Shown: positions 57,081 through 64,000 of the stretch, piece by piece
Position numbering within the stretch: the first letter of the stretch is position 1
How the letters are laid out: every line of letters starts with the position of its first letter
Assembly (NCBI GenBank): GCA_963552955.1
Contig: CAUVLQ010000007.1
Span: 1,200 to 65,199, forward strand
Source: an uncultured bacterium
GTDB lineage: Bacteria; Patescibacteriota; Gracilibacteria; Absconditabacterales; Absconditicoccaceae
Direction: 5' to 3'
Length of the DNA: 64,000 nucleotides
Notes under the pieces: model-generated
Database searches by the model: none
The model's input: the letters and a program-made list of their open reading frames with translations, nothing else
Told to the model about the DNA's origin: nothing
Position numbers and translations under genes: made by a program

Positions 57081-58112
57081 ATGAAAAGATTTCTAACACT
57101 CCTTCTTGTAGGGATTTTTAGCTTTGGGATGCTTAGCTTTGCTCAGACCCCAGTAGAGCAAAAGGCTGACGAGTTAAGAGCTGTTGTAAAACTCATACTT
57201 AATCAATCAAAAGATAAACAAAAAGATACTCAATTCGTAAAAGCTCTTTTTGCATGATGCGAACAAACTTGCTCTGATTCTACAATTAAAGAAGCGGCAA
57301 AACTTATAAATACTACCTTTGATAAGGATTTTTGACTTACAGCTACTGAGGCAAAAAATCAGACTTATAAACTTATTGAGGTTGTGGATTGAGACACTGT
57401 AAAAATCGAGAAAGATGGACAAGTAGTATCTGTTCGTATGATTGGGCTTGATGCTCCAGAAAGCACAACTATGAGATATGGTCATATGGAGTGTTTTGGT
57501 AAAGAAGCAGCAGCTCATCTTACTCAGCTCCTAAGTTGAGTTTCTCAGGTTGAACTAGAGGTTGATCCTACTCAGACAGCAACTGACAAGTACTGAAGGC
57601 TTCTTGGGTATGTAATAGCAAACGGAGTAAATCTGAATCAGAAGATGATTGAAGATGGATATGGATTTGAATACACCTACAATCTCCCTTATAAATATCA
57701 ATCTGAATTTAAATCTGCTCAAAAAATAGCTTCAGAAAAGAAATTTGGACTTTGGGCTGATGTAGCATGTAAAGGCGAAAGAAAAGCTATTGAAGAGGAA
57801 TCTAAAAAAGAGACTGAAAAACCATGAAGCTCTGAAGATAACATTTCAAAAGAGGAATATTTTTCATACAAAACATACTACACTTGACCAAAATGAGGTT
57901 GCTATTATTGGAATGGAAATGATAAAGTTTATGTAGATAGGAGTTACTGTTGAAGAAGCACAAGTACTACGACAAGTTCCTCATATAATTATTCATCTAG
58001 CTCCTCATACAGCTCTTACTCAGATTCTTCATCAGGGAGAATTTGCTATACTGGACCAAGAGGAGGACGCTATTACTATAATAGTAAAGGGAAAAAAGTT
58101 TATGGGTGCTAA
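57081..58112 (+). CDS. secreted thermonuclease (SNase-like) with C-terminal Ser-rich linker and two YTGP(K/R)GG repeats
   Basis: Signal peptide MKRFLTLLLVGIFSFGMLSFA. SNase motifs VVD-G-DTVKI, VRMIGLDAPES, DKY-G-RLLGYV, EDGYG. C-terminal YT-G-PK-G-GCYYWNGNDKVY and CYTGPRGGRYYYNSKGKKVYGC. Confidence 0.85.
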
Positions 58113-58123
58113 GTAAATTCAAT

Positions 58124-58163
58124 AAAAAAAGAAGTCGGATACCAGACTTCTTTTTCTTTTTTT
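58124..58163. terminator. bidirectional terminator between the + and - strand modules of the element
   Basis: A-run, then stem gaagtc/gacttc with an 8-nt loop, then a long T-run. Confidence 0.75.
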
Positions 58164-58171
58164 ATTCAACT

Positions 58172-60121
58172 TTATTCAATCAATGGAATCATATCGCATC
58201 TACAGTTTGGATGGAGAGGACTACCAATCACATTTTCATAATCTAGTCTTAATCTTCCTCAGTTATTACCACTCATAATAGATCATTGTTTGAAAAACTC
58301 CTCTTGCAGTCAGATTTTCTTTCAGTGCATCTTACCGCAATACTCACAAACCCTCTCATCTATTGCTGTTCGCCACTGTTTAGATTTAACAACTCAAGAC
58401 TGCTCTCGTGCTGATTGCTCAGCATAAGTCCCAAATCTGATTGCCTCCGTTCTGACGATGGTTTCTAACCTGCGACCTTGGAGTTCATCAAAGACTTTTA
58501 TGAGCTCTTGCTTGATCTCTTCAGGTTGCATATTTCCAGCAAGCCCCATCTCTACGACCTTTCCGATTTTCTCATCAGTTATTGTATCAACATTTTTTGC
58601 GATGAGCTGGATTTTTTGCTTCAGTTCTTTTTTGATTTTGTCTGTATTAAGATTGAACTCAATATCTACATTTAATTCGCTCATTGCTCTTACTCATTCC
58701 TCACTAATAAGCGTCTCCAATTCTGGTCTAAGATAAATATGATAGAGAGCATAGTATTTGAGTAAAAGTTGATAATCATATTTTTTGAATCCTTTTTTAT
58801 GCTCTTGCTCAAATTTTTTCAATATATCTTGCTTTTGCTTTTCAAAAATTTTCATAAATCAGACTTTTAGTCTTTTTTCGTATTCATCATTTTTTTTCTG
58901 TTTTTGTATCCATCTTTTCTGCATCCATTCTTCAGATCGCTTAATATTCTCCTTTACAATCGTCTGAAAATCTACCGATTTCATACTTATTCAGATGCTT
59001 TCTTTTTGTACTTCTTGTACTATTTCTGCATCTGTTCCGTCCACAAAGACATCTCCTCATTTGATAGGCTTATATCAAAGTTCTTGCCTGTACTCATTTC
59101 TTGTTATTCATCCTGCAAAATAATGATTCCTGATTTCCTCCTCGTCGGTTGGCAATACATTCACAAATTCAAAATTTCCGATCCCTTGGAATAACTGGTC
59201 ATTGAATACACGAGCAATCTTTTTCGCTAACGGCTCAATGCAACGAGATGCAAAAACCTGATTGAAAGCTTTTACGTTACCAACATTTACTCCTTCTCCG
59301 ATACCCAAAACTGCTTTTGGGACTTTATAAATTGCGAGAATTTTATCTCTATCTCGAGATTGCTGAGCAATAAATTCCATCTCCTTTGGTGAAGATTGGA
59401 GATTTGCTGGTTTGATACCAAATGGTAAAATTGCCAGCTTTCCAGCATTATCAGCTCAACTATGACGAGCTTCTCGGGAACTTCTAACTTTTTCTATTTG
59501 CTCCTTACTCATTGCCTGTTCTGTTGTGAGTATCATACCTGGAGGAGTGTCATGATTAAGGAGTGCGTAATTCCATTTTTCAATCTCTTTTTCCCCCCTG
59601 ATTGTCATTGCAATCGCTTGAATCGGACTATAACCTCTTGTGATATACGGATACCTTTGACTAGGATTAAACTCAGCAAAGACCATAACTTCTTCCGGTT
59701 GGAGGATGATTTTATTACTTCACTCTCGATAAATCCAATTTTTTAAGTATCAGTTACTATCTATTTGAGGGCTGATATTCCATGGCAAAAGCATACTCAA
59801 ACCAAGCACTTTTCTGTTATTCATCACCTTCCAAACATAAGCAGTTCCCGTCATCTTCATAAAGATTGCAATATTTTGCAAAAGCTCAGGAGTGATAAAG
59901 TCTGAATATTCGTGCTTAATCTCTTTATCTTGTTTGTCTGCAATTCTCCAATTTAAGCCTGAAAGACTATCGGAAATTGCTGTAATTGCTGCATATTGCC
60001 AACCGACGAAAAAATTTACATACTCATGATTCTTAATTGCTTTGTCTCAACCAAAACCTCAAAAAAGGGTTAAAAAACCTGTTTCAGATTTCTTAAAAAT
60101 ATTTTTTAGTCGAGCAAACAT
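58172..60121 (-). CDS. phage portal protein (HK97 family) fused to a Mu-F/SPP1-gp7-like head morphogenesis domain
   Basis: I translated 58685-59110 codon by codon with no TAA/TAG. ORFs 59456-59686, 59108-59380 and 58394-58684 are one 649 aa frame from ATG 60121. Portal-like IAQQSRDRDKILAIYKVPKAVLG. C-terminal RRLETIVRTEAIRF ... ERVCEYCG ... PLHPNCRCD. Confidence 0.75.
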
Positions 60122-60125
60122 TTTT

Positions 60126-60536
60126 TTACATTGAAAGAATAAAATCAGTATGGATTGCCAGTAAAACAATTGCATGGAGTGTTGGTCCACTTTCAGTCTC
60201 TACACTCTGAATATCTCAACCGACCGCATCAATTTTTAATGCCAATCAGTCTAAATCTGAACGATCAAATCTTTCTATTACTTCATCCAAAATGTCACAA
60301 AGATTCAACTCTGATTCCCTATTTCCAAGAGTTGTTGTCTCTTGAAAAATATTGATCTGGAAAAAATATTGTCTCTGATGATGGTTGCTATCCAGATTCT
60401 GGCTTTCCACTCTATCAAAATTAAAAAAGATTGACGGAAACCCTCCGAATTTTTTTGGTATCCCATCAAAAATTCCTGCAACTCATTCAATCTTTTGTAA
60501 TTCTAAAAGAATTTTTGCTCTCAATTCGTTTATCAT
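60126..60536 (-). CDS. phage head-tail joining / neck protein (DUF3168-like)
   Basis: 136 codons. Start overlaps the upstream stop (ATGATAA). The position after the gp10-like gene and its size fit neck/tail-terminator proteins. Weak motif support. Confidence 0.4.
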
Positions 60537-60979
60537 GAGAATCTATTATTGGCTAAAGTATCAATAATTTCTGAAAACCTCTTTTGGATCCTACTTTGAG
60601 AATTTTCCAGAGCCCTAGTAAAAAATGGATTTGCCTTAGTTCAAGGATGTCTGACTGATTTGACAGGGTGGTTTGCACCGTTCCAAAAAAGTCCTTTTTT
60701 CTCCTTTGGTTTAATGAGATGAGTCTTTGTTCCCTCATGGACATAGAGAGCATAAGCGATATTATTATAAATCATAGCATAGTCTGTATAGACTTTACTT
60801 CTGATATATTTTCTCAGTATTCATTTATCTACAGGGGCCTCCTTTTTTGCCTCTCACTCAATGAATATTGCAGATTCTTTAAGCCACTTTTCTCTTGCAT
60901 TTTTTAAATCAAGTTCTCCAAAAGTCTGAAGTTTTTTTGCTACTTCTTCAGCTCAAACAATTTTTAGTGTTATATTCAT
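60530..60979 (-). CDS. HK97 gp10-family head-tail connector protein
   Basis: EAPVDK-G-ILRKYI ... YALYVHEGT ... ANPFFTRAL matches the gp10 family pattern (ap.dtG.Lr.si ... Ya..vE.Gt ... a.pFl). Confidence 0.65.
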
Positions 60980-61269
60980 TTCTCCAAAATTACTGTTGTT
61001 AAAGCCAAGTTTCAGCCTCTCCTCTGTGCGACTCCTTGCACAGAATATTCTTGTCCATCAATTACGATAGTATCGGATTCTCTAACATCTACCCAAGCAG
61101 TAATGCTCAGCTTATACATTTTCCCAAATTTCCCAGCTTCCATCAAGCGGGAGTTCTCACTTACTGCGGTCAGGTAGGCAGGATGTGTAGCAATGGTTTG
61201 TTTCTCTCTCGCTATCTTCCCCTCATAGACAAGCCTTTTTACCTCAGCGTTGCAATTAAATAACATCAA
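60970..61269 (-). CDS. phage head-tail adaptor (head closure) protein
   Basis: ORF 61012-61269 extended through TGA to TAA 60970-60972. Size and position between the gp6-like and gp10-like genes. SDTIVIDGQEYSVQGV motif. Confidence 0.5.
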
Positions 61270-61576
61270 TAACTCTATATCTATCTAAAAGCACTTTTAC
61301 TGCATTTGGCACTTCTTCATTACTGAATGTGATTGAATAATCACTTAATCTTTCCGAACTAATACCGAGTTTTTGTGTCGCTTTAATCTTTACGAGATCA
61401 ATTACTGCAAAAAAGATATCTTGAGGAATTTTATCAGCTTTATCTAAGGAATAGTCTTGGAAAGTGTAGGAATTAACAAATGCAAAAGCTGACTGAACTA
61501 AAAGTTCAATCGTTGCTTTGTCTCGTCCACCTCCCAAGACCGTAATACAATTTTGTATCAACTGCTCCTTATTCAT
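61256..61576 (-). CDS. phage gp6-like head-tail connector protein
   Basis: About 106 aa helical protein directly downstream of the capsid block. Start ATG 61576 overlaps the upstream TAA. Confidence 0.45.
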   Translation of the reverse strand: MNKEQLIQNCITVLGGGRDKATIELLVQSAFAFVNSYTFQDYSLDKADKIPQDIFFAVIDLVKIKATQKLGISSERLSDYSITFSNEEVPNAVKVLLDRYRVIDVI

Positions 61577-61778
61577 CCTTAGTTTCTGCATCTTCAGAAG
61601 TTAAAGCCTTATTCTTTGCTTTTTTAACAGTCTTAGTTTCTGCATCTTCAGAAGTTTCCTCTTCTTCAATGAGTTTAACATATTCCTCTCCATAGCTTTC
61701 AGCGACTTCTTGTTCAAGTTCTACAACTTCTCCAGCCACTTTACCATCAATTCTACCTTTAATTACTTCGTATTTCAT
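61569..61778 (-). CDS. small acidic phage protein with internal 24-bp repeat
   Basis: MKYEVIKGRIDGKVAGEVVELEQE... The C-terminal TSEDAETK duplication corresponds to the direct DNA repeat cttagtttctgcatcttcagaagt (two copies, about 61578-61601 and 61633-61656). Confidence 0.45.
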   Translation of the reverse strand: MKYEVIKGRIDGKVAGEVVELEQEVAESYGEEYVKLIEEEETSEDAETKTVKKAKNKALTSEDAETKDE

Positions 61779-61848
61779 GATATTTCTTATATTAAGAATA
61801 AAAAAGAAGGGAGAAATCAGAATTTTATACCTCATTCTCCCAAAAAGA

Positions 61849-62997
61849 CTAAGCGTGAGTCTTGATTACAGCGAACGCTTCATCAGCAAGAGAAATTCCG
61901 CATACTCTAGCAGATCCCTTGATTGATTGAATATCTTTCTCCCACTCTCCAGACTTATATCCAACTTCAAAGCTGAGTCCCTTTCTGATTCCAAGAGCAA
62001 AATGCTTCAATGCTCCAAATGCGATGAATGGAGTATTAACTGCGATTGATCCACTAGGCATCACATCTGTCAGCTTTACAGGATATCCGAGCAAGAATCC
62101 TCTTTCTCCGTTATCAAGTGTTCTATAAAGAGGTCTACCATCACTATCTTTAAGCTTCTCAATAATAGCAATTGCATCTTGGCTAAGGTACCAAGCAGGC
62201 TTTGCATTCTCCTTATACTTAAGAGGAACTTTTCTCACTGCATCAATCAAGTTGTCTGCTGTTAATGTTGCAGCATTACCAGTAGTCGTGATCACATTTA
62301 CATTTTGGAGATTACAAATTCCTTTGATTTTAGAATTTCCACTAGCTGTTCCAGTCAATACTTCTTTATCCAAGAAAGCAGCAAAAGCTTCAGCAAATTC
62401 TTCTTGAGCCTTATTCCAAATCTCATCTGCTTCTGCACTATCAGCAATGAGTTCATAGGTTGCTGAGAGAATTGCACCGATCTTTTTAGCTGTCAATTCT
62501 TTTCTCTCGTAGTCCATTTTAGTATCTTGGTATGCACCAGCTTCATCTACATAGAATACTTTGAGTCCTGTTTTTCTGAGAATAAAGTATTTTGTGTTAG
62601 AGTTCATTTTAGAGATATTACAATCTTTCCAGATTCCGTAGTTTTCCATAAATCTCAATACTCCTTTTTCAAACTCAGGATGAACAAGATATCCACCATC
62701 TCCATCAGTGCCAGTATTCATTGCCTTCATTACTGAATCATCTCCACTTCTGAGAGCAACTAATGCACCAATAAAGTCTTTTTTGGTCTGCTCAAGATTT
62801 TCTTCAGCATTACCAAATTTTGACTTTTCTACCAAGGTTTTAATCTGTTCCTTGATTTCTTTGATGTCAGTATTTTCTGACAAGTTTAATTCTTTGAGTT
62901 TTGCATCTACTGCCGCTTCTACTGCAGCAGGAACTGAATCCTCTAAAGATTTTGCCAACACTTCAGCGATTTGTTTCATTTGTGCTTCGTTCAACAT
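61849..62997 (-). CDS. HK97-family major capsid protein
   Basis: 382 aa uninterrupted ORF. N-terminal helical delta-like region, DGDGGYLVHPEF, and the typical length and position after the protease. Contains no TGA codon at all. Confidence 0.85.
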   Translation of the reverse strand: MLNEAQMKQIAEVLAKSLEDSVPAAVEAAVDAKLKELNLSENTDIKEIKEQIKTLVEKSKFGNAEENLEQTKKDFIGALVALRSGDDSVMKAMNTGTDGDGGYLVHPEFEKGVLRFMENYGIWKDCNISKMNSNTKYFILRKTGLKVFYVDEAGAYQDTKMDYERKELTAKKIGAILSATYELIADSAEADEIWNKAQEEFAEAFAAFLDKEVLTGTASGNSKIKGICNLQNVNVITTTGNAATLTADNLIDAVRKVPLKYKENAKPAWYLSQDAIAIIEKLKDSDGRPLYRTLDNGERGFLLGYPVKLTDVMPSGSIAVNTPFIAFGALKHFALGIRKGLSFEVGYKSGEWEKDIQSIKGSARVCGISLADEAFAVIKTHA

Positions 62998-63032
62998 GTT
63001 TTTTTACAAAATAAGAATAAAAATCAGATTTT

Positions 63033-63764
63033 TTAGCCTCTTACGGCTTTTTTGAACATTGAAATCCCCTCGTTAGCGGCTTTTGCAATGTTCTGTAGGG
63101 TTTCTTTTGCGATGTAATTTGCCTCGTCTGCCCCTTTGCTCTTTCCATCGAGCAAAGCTTTCAGAAGATTCTTTACCTCAGCTACTTCCCCCAATATCTC
63201 AGCTTTAAAAGCTTCTAATTCAGGTATTTCTTCCTGTAAGATTCCAGCCTCGATCCCCTTTTTCATAAGCTGTTTTTGATCAAGACTAAGAGCATTCGGA
63301 TTGCATGGAACTGCCACAAATGAGAGCTCCAAGAGTTCTGCACTTGTGATAATTCTGCGATTGTCCTCTTGTCTCTGCTTAGGTATAAAACCTACAGAAA
63401 CCGTTTTTACCATCCCTTCATCATAGAGATCAGCCAACAATACTCCGAGTGGATTGCTCTTACTGAATACTCATTCAATAATCAATTTTCCATCTTCTAC
63501 TCAAATTTTTGTAGCTTTACCTACGATATTTTCTATTTGATAATCGTGATTTGCGATTATGACAGGATTTTTCATATAATTTTCCCAGTCCCATCCAGCA
63601 ACTTTGATTACTTCTCAGCTTCTATCAGTATCCTCAGTCGAAGCGACAACTCTGAATTTTCTATCAGAATTTTCCTCTTTTATTTCAAGAGAAGCAATCT
63701 GATCCTTGATTGATTTTGCCTGTTCCTCACTAATAGAGAGGAACTTTGCTTGCAATTCATTCAT
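63033..63764 (-). CDS. HK97-family prohead protease (S78/U35) with C-terminal helical (scaffold-like) tail
   Basis: VVASTEDTDRS-G-EVI, NPVIIANHD, VSVGFIP. ATG 63764 is in frame with ORF 63033-63440 through TGA. Confidence 0.8.
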
Positions 63765-63787
63765 TTTTTGATAGCCAGAATATAAAA

Positions 63788-64000
63788 TTAGTAGTTCTTT
63801 TGAGTATTTTTAAGTAAGATTTCAATTGCCTTTCTGGTCTTTACATCGTAATGACCTTTGAATTTGACTGATTGCTTGGTAAAGTCATCTACCGTATATG
63901 CAGGTGTCCAGTCTGTAATCTGAATCTTACTCAAATCGAGTTGGAAAGTATTGTTGTGACTCGCATTGATAGGATGCTTTGTGTCTTCAGCCAGCATTCT
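63788..64000 (-). CDS. hypothetical phage protein, possibly 5'-truncated by the window edge
   Basis: ORF 63788-63997. The frame stays open to position 64000. Confidence 0.35.
   Translation of the reverse strand, partial: RMLAEDTKHPINASHNNTFQLDLSKIQITDWTPAYTVDDFTKQSVKFKGHYDVKTRKAIEILLKNTQKNY

Larger units (their letters stand above)
46652..64000. mobile_element. prophage or phage-satellite-like element adjacent to tRNA-Val (right end outside the window)
   Basis: Contiguous phage-type genes: replication initiator, RecT, exonuclease, SMC-like ATPase, sliding clamp, two DNA methyltransferases, nuclease, then portal/MuF, head-tail connectors, HK97 capsid and protease on the opposite strand. Starts directly after a tRNA. 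No integrase or attR seen in the window. Confidence 0.75.

Noticed and set aside
1-64000. Interpretation of the many short same-frame ORF fragments as pseudogenes or a degraded genome
   Set aside because: The breaks are exclusively TGA, fall on conserved Gly positions, and occur in essential genes (gatB, lysS, rny, map). Recoding explains them better than decay.
1-64000. CRISPR arrays, rRNA genes and transposase or IS elements
   Set aside because: I found no regularly spaced direct repeats with unique spacers, no rRNA-like conserved segments, and no transposase motifs or terminal inverted repeats on either strand.

Overview
AT-rich bacterial chromosome segment of Patescibacteria/CPR type (Absconditabacteria- or Gracilibacteria-like) that cannot be read with the standard code. 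The supplied ORF track breaks almost every gene at TGA. Reading TGA as Gly (translation table 25) fuses the fragments into full-length proteins, and the TGA codons then fall on invariant glycines in GatB, CobW, RNase Y, ABC-F, dTMP kinase, exonuclease III and others. Several CGA/CGG codons also sit where conserved Trp or aromatic residues are expected, which suggests an additional Arg-to-Trp sense-codon reassignment.

Positions 1-46.6 kb are a housekeeping and cell-envelope region:
- Core genes: a CobW-like GTPase, gatB, rny, an lgt-like gene, gpmA, lysS, dut, map, xth, tmk, an ABC-F ATPase and rpsT.
- A type IV pilin operon.
- Lipoproteins, including a tandem duplication.
- An SLH-domain esterase.
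- A BcgI-like (type IIB) restriction-modification pair.
- Type IV secretion pilin-like paralogs.
- A 9-tRNA array, plus a separate tRNA-Leu(GAG) at 33.8 kb.

From the 3' end of tRNA-Val (46.65 kb) to the window end lies a prophage- or satellite-like element that uses the same recoded genetic code:
- A replication and recombination module on the + strand: an initiator with internal iterons, RecT, an exonuclease, an SMC-like ATPase and a sliding clamp.
- Two aberrant tRNA-like genes.
- A GC-richer block with two DNA methyltransferases.
- A secreted thermonuclease.
- An HK97-type head module on the - strand.

An A-run/TCWGA/T-run palindromic motif recurs in most intergenic regions that I inspected, in both host and element.

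All coordinates come from hand translation. Start codons are provisional. Product calls rest on recognised motifs, not on searches.
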